Shown: positions 1 to 13,849, numbered from the stretch's first letter. The stretch is DNA of 64,000 nucleotides from Eledone cirrhosa (GCA_964016885.1 OZ024741.1:253456001-253520000), one strand, 5' to 3'. The notes: generated from the letters alone by a model not told the origin. Program-made: numbers and translations.

Positions 1-487
<487 letters not shown>

Positions 488-811
488 TATATATATATAT
501 ATATGTGCACACACGCACACTGCACATGGCATGCACTTAAAATATATAAACAGACACACACACTCACACACACATATACACATACACATACACAGATACA
601 CACATTATATGTATATATATATATACATTTGGCAACATGCACATGTACATATACAAGACACATATATGTCAATACACTCAAACACATACACTCACACACA
701 CACTCACATATATATATACATGTGTATATATATGTGTGTGTTTGTCTCGGGTTCAATCCCTGCAAGCAGGGAAAAACAGACGTAAAATGAAATGATGATG
801 ATGATGATGAT

Positions 812-851
<40 letters not shown>

Positions 852-1300
852 GCTAGCGTGGAAGATAGACGTTAAACGATGATGATGATGATGATGATGA
901 TAATATATATATACTCACATACATATATATACACAAACACTCATATAAAGTATATACATATATACACAAACACGCATAAAAAGTATATATATATATATAT
1001 GTGTGTGTGTGTATAAATATATACACGCACACGCGTCTTTATATACACTGCACAGAGACACGCATAACGTAATATTAAAGTTTTACAAATTAATAAACTT
1101 ACCTCTAATTAATGTCCATAATTAGTGTGAAGAGGTATCCCAGCATGGGTGTGACTGTTGTGACACAGCTGTGACTGTTGTGACACCAGTTTGATTGTTG
1201 TAACACCACTGTGTGACTGATGTAACACCACACAGCAACCTTACTCTCGTCTGTTGTTTGACAAGAGGCAGCATGCGTTGGACCGAAAATGTTACTCACT

Positions 1301-1333
<33 letters not shown>

Positions 1334-1420
1334 TTCTCTCACTCTCTCTCCCCTATCTTTCTTGCTCACTCTTTCTCTCTTTTTGTTACTCTTTTACACA
1401 CACACACACATATATATATG

Positions 1421-1488
<68 letters not shown>

Positions 1489-1553
1489 TATACACATATA
1501 TATATATATATATAAATGAAAGGTATAGAAAGTATTGTAGCAAGAAGCCAACA

Positions 1554-1605
<52 letters not shown>

Positions 1606-2189
1606 GTATATATATGTATATATATATATATATATCTGTGTGTATATATATATATATATATATACATATATATATGTATATATATGTGTATATATATGTG
1701 TATATATATGTGTATATATATGTGTATATATATATATATGTATATCCTCTATCTGTTATATGTTCTCTCTCTCTCCTCCTCTCTCTCTCTCTCTCTCTCT
1801 CTCTGTTACTCTCTATCTTTCTTGCTCACTCTTTCTCTGTGTGTATATATATATATATATGTATGTATGTCTGTGTCTGTGTGTGTGTGTGTGTGTGTGT
1901 ATCTGTCCCTCTCTTCTGCTGTACAATCTGTATTTGCATGTATTGTACGCAGCCTGTCATCGTATGTTGCCACTGTATGCTGTGTATGTCTCTGTGTCTG
2001 TGTGTACCCTGCAACATTGTGTGTGTGTGGGTATGTACTGTGTGTTGTTGTGTTGTGTAATGAGTATGTCTACAGTGTATGTGCATATTTGTGTGTGTGT
2101 GTGTCTGTGTAGTGTGTGACTGTTATAATGTGTAGTATGTATATGTTACATATATGTACTATGTATATGTTATATATGTTTTATATACA

Positions 2190-2223
<34 letters not shown>

Positions 2224-2444
2224 CACATACATGGTATATAGATAACTTATATATACTACATATGGACCACACACAAACACATAAATTGTATATATATGTT
2301 GTGTGTGCTGCATGTTACATATGTAGCATGTATATGATAAGCGTTATATATGTGGTATGTATGTAGAATGTATATGTTATATATGTGATATCTATGCAAT
2401 ATGCATGTGTTATATATGTAGTCTAAAATGTCTAAAGTCTGTCT

Positions 2445-2709
2445 TAAGCCAGAAGGCTCATTTGGCCGGTGCTTATCCCGGTTTCGTGGCGTGAAGCGAC
2501 TGAGAGTACAAGACTTTCCCCTGGAGAGGATGCCAGTCCATCGCAGGGTTAAACCTCCAGCTATTGCTGGTACTGATTTTCAGCTGAGTATACTGGAGCA
2601 ATGGGAAATGAAGTGTTTTGCTCAAGAACACAACACGCAACCCTGGAATCGAACCCATGACGTTATGATTGTAAGTCCAACACCCTTACCACTAGGCCAC
2701 ATGCCTCCA
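2445..2709 (-). mobile_element. tRNA-derived SINE (V-domain-like core)
   Basis: A box tggcctagtggt, B box ggttcgattcc, core tggactggcatcctctccagggg; older copy at 54650-54900 (+). Confidence 0.75.
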
Positions 2710-2949
2710 CTATATATATATAGTATGTACGTGTTTTGCATGTGTTATATTTGCACTAGATATGTTGTATACATATGTATTTTATATGTGGTGTGTATAT
2801 GATATATATGGTATATATATGTGGTATATATGAGTTTTATATATGTTATATGAAGTGGTTATTAAATTATCAGATAGAACATTTTGCATGTTCAAATTCT
2901 ACCAAAATAAAATATGCTTTTCACCTTTTCAAGATCAACAAATATAAAA

Positions 2950-3298
2950 TGGTAAAGGGTAAAGACCCCTTCGGTCAAGTATGACCATGGGATTTGCACC
3001 TAGATAGTTCTCCTCTGAGGCACAAGTCCAGGCAAAGTTGTTTGTGGAAGACCAGCAGTCGGCCATGTATAGCAATCTGCCATCTCCACACCACTAATGT
3101 TGCCTAAGAGAAAGGTAATGGCTGATATAGGTTGGCACCAGTGACATTGCAACCCATTTCTGCAGATGAGTAAACTGGAGCAGCATGAAAAATAAAGTTT
3201 CTTGCTCAAGAACACAATGCATCACTTGGTCTGGGAATTGAACTCACAGTCTCGTGATTGCAAGCCCAATGTTCTAACCACTAAGCCATGCAACTTCA
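2950..3298 (-). mobile_element. tRNA-derived SINE, diverged
   Basis: Head tggcttagtggttagaac...gagttcaattcc and cttgagcaagaaac core shared with the SINE at 13850. Confidence 0.65.
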
Positions 3299-3940
3299 CA
3301 ATAAATATGATACTAGTTCAATACTGAGTCAGTTTTTCTTCTATATCTCTCTTTCACAAGAGGAAATCAGCTGTGTTCAAATCTAGAGACGGATAAGACT
3401 CCACCAAGTTTAAAATGCCCAATTTTCATCAGCCGAATAAAACCAGAGATAAATAATAGGTTAGAAATGCACAAGGTGGAAGGGTTACTGTAACGACCCC
3501 GCACATACGCATGCATTTTGCAAACACAGACCAGTATGGGAAGAAAACTCTGAAAACTCTCATTGCTTCTTTGTTTTGTCTTGGACTGTTTCTGCTTCAC
3601 ATCTGAAAAGAGTGTAATAGCCCTGAAATATCATGCTAAAATACATTAGGTAAGATATTACTTTTAGTTTTGTATTGTTTGTCATCATTTACCCTTTGTA
3701 TTTTTCTACTGCATTGTACTGGCTTTTTAAAAAGAAAAAAATTATCAGCCTTTTAATTCATATATATAGAGAGATCAGGGTTTTACCAGTTTTAAACAAG
3801 TAAGACCATTCTTCAGCAGTGTACTTTATACTTGGAGTAGTAGAGTGTAAATATATTAGAGTGTCTGGCATTTGCTATCAAAACAGCAAGAGCTTAGCCG
3901 TAGGGCCCCAACTCTAATATATATATATATATATATATAT

Positions 3941-4097
3941 CTAAGGCGGGTAAAATTCCCGAGATCCATGGACGAGCTCTCTCCAGCGGTCTCTGTCCCT
4001 CATTGTCGCTGCCATATCCTGCATCTCCAACAGACCAGTGTCTGTCCTTAGGGCATCAACATATGTTAACCTTGGTCTTCCTCTTCTAGTGTGTCCA
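3941..4097 (-). mobile_element. 3' fragment of an RTE/RTEX-type LINE ORF inside (TA)n
   Basis: Translation GHTRRGRPRLTYVDAL...MRDRDRWRELV matches the RxxGRP...DRxxWR C-terminal motif of RTE-group ORFs. Confidence 0.7.
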
Positions 4098-4119
4098 TAT
4101 ATATATATATATATATATA

Positions 4120-4476
4120 TAGTAATAATAATAAATTTGAAGACTAAAATCCGTTCATTGCCAGAGAATGTCTCCATGAACCACCTAATAGAATAATAGT
4201 CTACGACTTCATTTATACCATAAACGTAGTTTTGTCTTTGCATGTAATTGTTTTCACCGCTCCAAATAATGACGTTTTATCTTCGTTTTTTTCCGTTCTT
4301 TGCCAGGGAATGTTTCCATGAACCAAAGTATCATCTTCCTGTCTTCCTTCGGTTGCAACGTTTTTTGAAATATTTACTTCTGCGTTCACAGATTGACTTT
4401 TTAGTTTCAGAAGATCCCGTTAAAAGTGAAAGCAGCGATTCTTTGCTTAAACTTTAATCTGTTATTTTAATAAATA
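4120..4476. mobile_element. Putative PLE end (family I): 32-nt inverted long end joined to a forward short-end copy
   Basis: 4121-4152 matches 40797-40828; 4330-4476 matches 41095-41238 and 39711-39778; (TA)n on both sides. Confidence 0.65.
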
Positions 4477-4490
4477 TATATATATATATA

Positions 4491-5012
4491 TCGAGATCTT
4501 TGGTGCCACTCAATAATACAGAAGACCCGCGGTCCCTATGTGCAAAGTTAACCTACAGTCAGTAGGCTCCTCCAAACCAAACATACATCCAAACCTACAA
4601 CCCCTACTCCACCATTCCACTCCTGCCAACACCACCCTTTTTCTATAAAGTTATGTTGGTACCACAACATCCAGTCCAAACTATTGAAGTCGTGTAGGTG
4701 TCACGACAAAAAAAGGGTGGGGGGGAGAAAGGAAAAAGGAGAAGGAAAAAGAAAGGGAAAAAAGGAAAGAGAGAAGAGAAAAGAAAAGGGAGGGAAAAAA
4801 AGTCCACGCTGTAATGTGGTCGTGTAGGTACACAGTAAAAAGCTCCCAGTCCACACTGTAAATGTGGTTGGTGTTAGCATCCAACCGTAGAAAACCTTCC
4901 AGACAGTCCTATATGAGCGAGACACGGTCACACGACCAATCTTACCTCAAATGGGACAATTGTCGTCTAACCCATGCTAGCGTGGAAGATAGACGTTAAA
5001 CGATGATGATGA
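4491..5012 (+). mobile_element. 5'-truncated RTE LINE 3' end (ORF end, 3'UTR, (GAT)n tail)
   Basis: Reverse-complement homologue of 7160-7595; ends catgctagcgtggaagatagacgttaaac(gat)n. Similar pieces at 12995-13257, 14246-14670, 17680-17890, 58700-59059. Confidence 0.8.
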
Positions 5013-5018
5013 TATATA

Positions 5019-5371
5019 TTTCATTTCATTTCATTTCATTTTACGTCCGCTTTTCCCTGCTTGCAAGGGTGGGACGGGAACTGATTTTGGCTTGATTTCT
5101 ACAGCTGGATGCCCTTCCTAACACCAACCTCATTTACAGTGAGTGCTGGGTGCTTTTTTGCCATGGCACCTCCATGACCACTTTGCAGTGGAATGATAGG
5201 GATTGGGGTCCCTATCATTCCCTATCATCTCATTTCTACAGTTGAGTAAACTGGAGCAATGTGAAATAAAGTGTTTTGCTCAAGGAAACAACACATCACC
5301 CGGTCTGAGAATTGAACTCACAACCTTTCGATTGCAAGGCCAATGCTCTAACCACTAAGCCATGTGCCTCC
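5019..5371 (-). mobile_element. tRNA-head SINE with RTE-derived 3' tail
   Basis: Reverse complement of 13850-14211; (tgaaa)n tail. Confidence 0.85.
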
Positions 5372-6010
5372 ATATGTATATATATAAATATATGTATATA
5401 TATATATATACATATATTTATATATATATCAAATTAGGTGAGGATGCTGGAATGGATTAAACAATTTATTATGGTCTTATGGTCTAGAATGAAATGGATC
5501 AAAGAATCCCGTTTCACTCATACATTCTATTTTTACCATACCTTTTTACAGTTGGATGCTCTTCCTGAGTGTATTGGGTGCATTTTATCCTGGCACCAAC
5601 ACTTCAGAGGCCACAATGTCATCAGCAGGATTAAAGGGTCCTTTCAACCCCACATTCTCTAAGTTCAATTACCAACCACTTTCCAGAGTATACTGGATAC
5701 ATTTTATCATAGCACCAACACAAAAATACATTGACTTGAATCTGTCAGGGCTAAATAGTTCCTTAAACCCTGAAGCAGTGACTTTTAGGTCCCGAAATAT
5801 TGGACAGAAAAAAGAACAACAACAACAAAAAACAAAACAAAGATTACCAGGTAACTTACCTTTTTTTACCTCATCTTACAGTCCATTTGCATTGTTTAGC
5901 CTTCTATTTCTTTCAATGTTATATATTATATACAATACTTCAAGAAAATGACAGCATTTTATTATCATTACTTTATGTTGTCTCAGTTTAGTTAAGGTAA
6001 TATAACCATC

Positions 6011-6561
6011 TGGTGTATATTGTAAAATCTACGCATAACATGTGGTGTATATTGTGAAATCTATGCATAACATGTAGTGTATATTGTAAAATCTACACAT
6101 AACGTGGTGTATATTGTAAAATCTACCCACAACATATGATGTATATTGTAAAATCGATTCACCACATGTTGTGTATATTGTAAAATCTATCCCCTACATG
6201 TGGTGCATGTTATAAAACCTATCCACTACATGTAGCGCATGTTATGAAATCTATCCAGTACATGTGGTGCATGTTGTAAAATCTATACACCCCCATGTCG
6301 TGCACTTTGTAAAATCTATCCCCACGTGTGGTCTATGTTGTAGAGTCTCTCCATTATATGTGGTGAATGTTATAAACTCTATTTACTACATGTGGTGCAC
6401 GTTGTAAATTCTATCCTTTACATGTGGTGCAAGTTGTAAAGTCTATTCACTGCATGTGGTGCGTATTGTAGAATCTGTCCACAACATGTGATGCATGTTG
6501 TAAAGTGTATTCACAACATGTGGTGTATGTTGTAAAGTCTATCCACTGCATGTTGTGTATG
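6011..6561. repeat. Diverged 32-bp minisatellite, ~17 copies
   Basis: Unit tggtgtatattgtaaaatctacgcataacatg repeats at 6011, 6043, 6075 and onward. Confidence 0.85.
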
Positions 6562-6758
6562 CAAGGCCTATAAAAGAAGGAAATTCACTTGGTACATTGG
6601 ATGAGAGCCAAGGGAGTCAAAGAAGAGCCTTTGAATATTTGACACCTAAACATAAATGACCCTCTCAGCCTTCTTGAATTTTAAGAAGAGCCCATTGCTC
6701 TGAAGATTCTAAAAACTCTCACAACTTTGCCAAACCAACTGCCTATATATACATACAT

Positions 6759-6814
<56 letters not shown>

Positions 6815-6819
<5 letters not shown>

Positions 6820-7002
6820 AACCAGTAAGACCCCGACAGCTGAGCTCAAGCCGTTTCGACGGCTAATTCCAGAATTAGCCGTCGAAACGGCTTGAGCTCA
6901 GCTGTCGGGGTCTTACTGGTTCCTATTACCCACTCTACTACCTCAAGTATTGAGTACTTTGGTGCGTTATGGTCCACATGGTTCCTTACCACATTTCCTT
7001 CG

Positions 7003-7005
<3 letters not shown>
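6815..7005. mobile_element. Fold-back insertion (family H): perfect palindrome with 55-bp arms plus 79-nt tail
   Basis: 6815-6869 is the reverse complement of 6872-6926 (2-nt loop); same family at 42764-42960, 27087-27165, 39880-39935, 60993-61097. Confidence 0.85.
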
Positions 7006-7042
<37 letters not shown>

Positions 7043-7159
7043 GTATATATGTATATATACAGTATATATGTATATATGTATGTATATATATATACATACA
7101 CAGACATATATATATATATATATATATGCTATATATATGTATACATATATATATATAAA

Positions 7160-10115
7160 TCATCATCATCATCATCATCATCGTTTAACGTCCATATTCC
7201 ACACTTGCATGGGTTTGGACGGGAGTTTTCCCACTTGAGGCAAGAATGGTTGTCTTGCTCGCATAGGACTGTCTGGTGGGTTTTCTACGGCTGGATGCCC
7301 TTCCTAACACCAACCACGTTTACAGTGTGGACTGGGAGGTTTTTACCGTGTTACCTACACGGCCACATTACAGCGTGGACTGTGTGTTTTTTTTTTGTGA
7401 CACCTACACGACCTCATTTGTTTCGGACTGGATGTTGTGATACCAATCTAAGTTCACATTTAAGGGGGTAGTGTGGATAGGGTGGGGGTGGGGGTGGGGT
7501 GTATTTTTGTTAGAGGTGCCTACTGACTGTAGGTTTCGCTTTGTACTTAGGTAAGGCGGGTCTTCTGTATTACTGTTTAGCTCCAAAGATCTCGGTTCAG
7601 TGATATTGCCTTGGAGAGGTGTAAGTATGTGAGGTCGGAATTTATCAAGTCGACCCAGGTTTTTCTTGTTCTGCCTACTCCATAGTTACTGTCTATTTTT
7701 ATTGCCCTGCACTTTTTTATACAGCTGTCGTCTTTCATGCGCATCACATGACCATACCAACGTAGTCTTCTCTCGAGTAAACAACATCTGATTCCTCTTA
7801 TTCCTAATTTCTCCCTTAGTTCATTTATGCTTTGCCGTTCACGTATATTACTATTACACATCCAACGGAGCATGCAAGCTTCGTTCCTCTCCAGTCTGCG
7901 TATATCCTCTGCACACAATGCCCAAGTCTTACTGCCATGTAACATTGCTGTTCGTATGCAGGCATCATACAGCCTGCCTTTCATTTTTAGAGAGAAACCT
8001 TTAGCGGCCAATAGTGGTATAAACTCTCTGAACTTCTTCCATCCCGTTCTGACTCTAGCTACTGTACTTTCAGAGCACCCTCCACCACTGCTGATTTTGT
8101 CGCCCAGGTAACGGAAGGTGTCCACTCTTTCTATAGAACCATATGTGCAATGGAATGAGCTAGTATTCTGTGGGCACTTGCTTCTACTTATTGCACCTGA
8201 GCATCGGCCACATATAAAATCTATATTCTTAGTTAGCTTACCTGTGATCCCACTACATCTTTTATGCACCCATACTTTGCATTTGGGACATAAAATGGAG
8301 TTTCTGCCTACTCCTTTCCTACACACTGAGCATGATCATTTCCCAGATGGGACCGGTGCCCTATTTTCCTTCCTACAAACTAGAACTTTAGTCTTAGACA
8401 AGTTAACTTTAAGGCCTTTTGATTCTAGGTCATGCTTCCATGTTTGGAATTTCTTCTCTAGTTCAGCCATTGATTCAGCTATGAGCGTTAGATCATCTGC
8501 ATATAGAAGTTCCCATGGGAAGCCGGTCTTGAACTCCTCTGTTATAGCCTGAAGGGCAATAATAAATAGTAGGGGGCTAAGGACGGAGCCCTGATGAACA
8601 CCAACTTTTACGCTAAACTCTTCACTATATTCCTTGTTAATTCTAACCTTGCTGACTGTTTCTTTAAACATGGCTTGTATAGCTCTCACAAGCCATTCAT
8701 CAACACCTAGTTTTCTAAGGGCCCACCAGATAATCGAGTGGGGTACTCTGTCAAAGGCTTTCTCCAAGTCAACAAAAGCTAAGTATCGGGGTTTACTTTT
8801 AGCTAGGTACTTCTCCTGTAGTTGTCGTACAATGAAAAGAGCGTCTGTGGTACTTTTACCTGACACAAACCCGAACTGCATTTCATCCAGATCAATTCGC
8901 TCTCTGATTAGTTGCGATATAACTTTTTCTGTGACCTTCATGACCTGGTCGATTAATTTAATGCCTCTATAGTTTCCCCTATCTAGGGCATCTCCTTTAC
9001 CCGTGTAGCAGTTAATGATGATGTTGCCGCGCCAGTCCTTCGGAACAACCCCATTCTGTATGACTTGGTTTACTATCCAGGTGACCATAGTGTGTCCCAC
9101 CGTACCAGATGCTTTCAGCATTTCAGCAACTATTTCCGAAGTCCCAGCTGCCTTGCCCGTCTTCATGTCTTTGATTGCCTTACTTATTATACTACCTTTA
9201 ACTTGCACTGCTGGTCCCTCTATTGGATCGATGTGGGGGAGACTGTCTTTCTCCCATTTATTCTCCTCATTTAGGAGCCTTTCGTAGTGACACTTCATGG
9301 GGGAGGGATTTAGTGTTTACAACAGACACTCTGTCACGTCTTCTGGTAAGGATATAATCTACCTGGCTGGTGTGTTCCCCTGATCTATAGGTGATCAAGT
9401 GATTGTCTCGTTTTTTGAAGTTAGTGTTACAGATAGTTCTGTTATTTGCGTCACAGAATTCCAAAATTCTGGAGCTTTCCTCATTTCTAGTACCAAACCC
9501 ATAGCCTCCATGGATTCCGTCATAGCCGTCACAATGTTGTCCAAAGTGACCATTTAGGTCGCCAGCGATAACTATGTAATCATTGTCGGTTATTTGGGAG
9601 GTAGTGAGCATCAACGTCTCATAGAGTCTGTCTTTTATAACGCCAGGCAGACCGGATTGTGGTGCATATGCAGATATTATTGTCACAGTAGTTCTATTGA
9701 GGACAAGTCTTATTTTAATTATTCTGTCGTTCACTCTATTTACGTCTATTATCTTATCTGCCCACTTTTCTGCTACCATGATTCCTACTCCAACCCAGCC
9801 CATTGTCATTTCCCACCCAGAAAAGCTTATAACATCGTTTTTTACCCACAATGAATCTAGCAGACCCACCCTTACACCTGGTCTCTTGAATACAGCAAAC
9901 ATCGACCTCCTTACGTCCAAGCATTTTTACAACTTCGTTAGAGCGACCTTTTAAGGTACCTACATTCATGGTACCAACTCTGATGTTTTGGATTGCGTTT
10001 GGAGGGTGGGAACGGTGAGGCGCAGGGGTAGATGGGGTTATGTTAGCCATCCGCGGCCGAAATAAAGAGGAGTCCTTGCATTCTCGTCCGGCAGCATGAG
10101 GTGAATTTGTCTTTA
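7160..10115 (-). mobile_element. Near full-length decayed RTE-clade LINE
   Basis: APE motifs (VGTMNVGTL, CCIQET, AGDLNG, QVDYIL), RT motifs (QFGF, FVDLEKAFD, GVHQGSVLSP, YADD), PHD-like Cys/His region, RRLRWYGHV, 3'UTR and (GAT)n tail. Confidence 0.95.
7577..10050 (-). pseudogene. Disrupted RTE endonuclease/reverse transcriptase ORF
   Basis: Split over ORFs 9754-10191, 9267-9920, 8336-9298 and 7577-8326 by frameshifts, a stop and an internal deletion near 9295. Confidence 0.9.
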
Positions 10116-10122
10116 TCTTAAA

Positions 10123-10177
<55 letters not shown>

Positions 10178-10411
10178 ATGCAGTTAACCAAAGAGAGTTA
10201 ATACTGCTAAGTAACAATATTATATTGCTTCTGAAGATGTGTAATATTTAATGATGCTTTGTTATACCCAATATATTTTTTCCCTCTTTAACTAAATTGA
10301 AATAACATAAGCATCAGTTGAATAAGATGTATTGAAATATTTGTAAAGCTATTAAATGGTTTAAGAAATCTACTAAGTTATCTCAATTTGATATATATGT
10401 CTGTGTGTATG

Positions 10412-10444
<33 letters not shown>

Positions 10445-10452
10445 GTATATAT

Positions 10453-10513
<61 letters not shown>

Positions 10514-10542
10514 GATAAATCTACCAAGAGTTTACGGTAGTG

Positions 10543-10582
<40 letters not shown>

Positions 10583-10656
10583 CATATAGATGCATATATA
10601 CATATACATATATATACATATACATATATATATTTATACACAGACACAGACATATA

Positions 10657-12353
10657 TCATCACCATCATCATCATCACCGTTTTACGTCCATTCTTCCAT
10701 GATAGCATGGGTTAGACGGGTTGTCCTGTGTGGCACCTACATGACCACTTTACAGTGTGTGCTGGGTGCTTTTTTGCCGTGGCACCTACATGACCACTTT
10801 ACAGTGTGTGCTGGGTGCTTTTTTGCCGTGGCGTGGCACCTACATGACCACTTTACAGTGTGTGCTGGGTGCTTTTTTGCCGTGGCACCTACATGACCAC
10901 TTTACAGTGTGTGCTGGGTGCTTTTTTGCCGTGGCGTGGCACCTACATGACCACTTTACAGTGTGGGCTGGGTGCTTTTTTTCCATGGCGCCTACATGAC
11001 CACTTTACAGTGTGGGCTGGGTGCTTTTTTTCTGTGGCGCCTACATGACCACTTTACAGTGTGTGCTGGGTGCTTTTTTTCCATGGCACCTACATGACCA
11101 CTTTACAGTGTGGGCTGGGTGCTTTTTTTCTGTGGCGCCTACATGACCACTTTACAGTGTGGGCTGGGTGCTTTTTTGCTGTGGCACGTACATGACCACT
11201 TTACAGTGTGTGCTGGGTGCTTTTTTTTCCATGGCGCCTACATGACCACTTTACAGTGTGTGCTGGGTGCTTTTTTTCCATGGCGCCTACATGACTACTT
11301 TACAGTGTGGGCTGGGTGCTTTTTTTCTGTGGCGCCTACATGACCACTTTACAGTGTGGGCTGGGTGCTTTTTTTCTGTGGCGCCTACATGACCACTTTA
11401 CAGTGTGTGCTGGGTGCTTTTTTTTCCATGGCGCCTACATGACCACTTTACAGTGTGTACTGGGTGCTTTTTTGCCGTGGCGTGGCACCTACATGACCAC
11501 TTTACAGTGTGGGCTGGGTGCTTTTTTGCCGTGGCGTGGCACCTACATGACCACTTTACAGTGTGGGCTGGGTGCTTTTTTGCCGTGGCGTGGCACCTAC
11601 ATGACCACTTTACAGTGTGGGCTGGGTGCTTTTTTGCCGTGGCTTGGCACCTACATGACCACTCTACAGTGTGGGCTGGGTGCTTTTTTGCCGTGGCGCC
11701 TACATGACCACTTTACAGTGTGTGCTGGGTGCTTTTTTGCCGTGGCACCTAGATGACCACTTTACAGTGTGGGCTGGGTGCTTTTTTGCCGTGGCGTGGC
11801 ACCTACATGACCACTTTACAGTGTGTACTGGGTGCTTTTTTTCCATGGCGCCTACATGACCACTTTACAGTGTGGGCTGGGTGCTTTTTTTCTGTGGCGT
11901 GGCACCTACATGACCACTTTACAGTGTGTGCTGGGTGCTTTTTTCCATGGCGCCTACATGACCACTTTACAGTGTGGGCTGGGTGCTTTTTTTCTGTGGC
12001 GTGGCACCTACATGACCACTTTACAGTGTGTGCTGGGTGCTTTTTTGCCGTGGCACCTACATGACCACTTTACAGTGTGTGCTGGGTGCTTTTTTGCCGT
12101 GGCACCTACATGACCACTTTACAGTGTGGGCTGGGTGCTTTTTTTCTGTGGCGCCTACATGACTACTTTACAGTGTGAGCTGGGAGCTTTTTTTCCATGG
12201 CGCCTACATGACCACTTTACAGTGTGGGCTTGGTGCTTTTTGTCGTGACACCTCCATGACCACTTTGCAGTGGGAGGGAATGGGGGCATATTATCTATAT
12301 TTTTCAGTTCCGGCTTGTTCCCGTGGGAAGTTGAGTCTTCTGTATTACTGCGT
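10657..12353 (-). mobile_element. RTE 3'-end copy whose 3'UTR unit is tandemly expanded
   Basis: RTE tail at 10657-10728 and ORF end (AVIQKTQLPTGT) at 12310-12353 bracket the array. Confidence 0.8.
10728..12270. repeat. ~49-54 bp minisatellite, ~30 copies
   Basis: Unit gtggcacctacatgaccactttacagtgtgtgctgggtgcttttttgcc, with or without an extra gtggc. Confidence 0.95.
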
Positions 12354-12369
12354 ATATATAATTGTTTCT

Positions 12370-12535
12370 ACTTTTGGCACAAGGCCAGCAATTACCCAGT
12401 GTACTGGTACTTTATTTTATCGACCCCATAAGGATGAAAGGTAAAGTTAACCTCGGCGGGATTTGAACTCAGAATGGCAAGGGCCGTAACTCTATGCGTC
12501 AAAGCATGGCGTCCGACCCTCTACCAATACTGCCA
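12370..12535 (-). mobile_element. tRNA-derived SINE with Nin/Deu-like core (representative copy)
   Basis: gagttcaaatcc B box followed by cctttcatcct..ggggtcgataaaataaagtaccag; other copies near 16455, 20700, 43360, 46630, 48095, 53350, 54085, 55140, 55435, 55670, 57295. Confidence 0.7.
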
Positions 12536-12910
12536 AAGGCTTGATGCTTAAGGTGTTCAGATCATGTTGTTAAAGTTGTGAGTTAGATTTCTGGTGGTGA
12601 GTGGTGTCCTTGAACAAGATACTTATTTCACGTCAGTCTAGTCCACTTGCATGTTTATCACAGGGTCATCAGACAAGAGTTCTTGTCTGATCACCTTGTG
12701 ATAAACAGAGTAACAAGACTCACTATTCACCTTAATGAAATTAATATTAAAACTCTACTTCAGTATTGAGTACTACTTTCTCTCAGCCATACCACACACA
12801 GATATATATATATCATCATCATCATCGTTTTACGTCCATTCTTCCACGCTAGCATGGGTATATATATATATATCCTTCATGAGAGATGTATATATATATC
12901 CTTCATGAGA

Positions 12911-12976
<66 letters not shown>

Positions 12977-13849
12977 TCACATGAGGACAGGCCAAAACAC
13001 TGTAAAATGGTTGTGTAGGTGTCACCACAAAAAATCATCCAGTCCACACTGTACAGTGGTCATGTAGGTACCACAACAAAAAGCACCCAGTACTCACTGT
13101 AAATGAGGTTGGCATTAGGAAGGGAATCCAGCTGTAGAAACCAAGCCTAAAATCAGTTCTGTATGGGCAAGACATGGTCACCTGACCTAACATTGCCCAC
13201 AACAGGACAACTCGTCTAACCCATGTGGAGAAATGGACGTAAACCGATGATGATGATATATATATATATAGTCAAGAAGTGAAGGTGGAAAAGCACAAAA
13301 GTATATTTAAAGATTATCTTTTCTTTAATCCAACAGAATAAATAATTTTATAATTGTTTTATTAAATATAATTGGTTTCAATTAGAATAACAATCTTATC
13401 AAATATTAAATATTTTAAAAATGTTTTTTCATGTATTCTGTGAGCAGTTTGAATGTTTTTCTGTCAAAATATATTCTTATATAAGTTCTTAATGAAGGTG
13501 TGGTGGTGAAGGTGGAGGTGGTGTTCAACAGGTCAGGATTCAATTGAATTCACCACCATACACTACTAATTCGTCGCCATATATTTATTCTATATGTCAT
13601 TTGTACATATTTGCTGAGCATTTATGTAATTATATCTTAGAAATATATGATTAAAATATCATTGTTATCTTTGTTCATCATTGTGAAAGTCAAAATAAGC
13701 TATAAGGTTTCTTTTAGACAATCCATTAATATATCAAAACACTCATTTTCCGTTTGTTTGATTGTTCATATATCCAACAATATTGGTATATATATTTAAA
13801 TATATATATATATTTATATATTTATATATATATTTATATATTTATATAT

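Noticed and set aside
1097-3620. Minus-strand exons (donor at ~1102, acceptor at ~3603)
   Set aside because: Isolated splice-like signals without recognisable coding content
3776-3822. Decayed hammerhead (ctgaaga...aaaactggta, minus strand)
   Set aside because: GAAA and stem II are not intact; too degenerate to call
10728-12270. Repeated MTTLQC/WHLHDHF ORFs or CRISPR array
   Set aside because: Head-to-tail LINE-derived minisatellite with frame-breaking unit lengths
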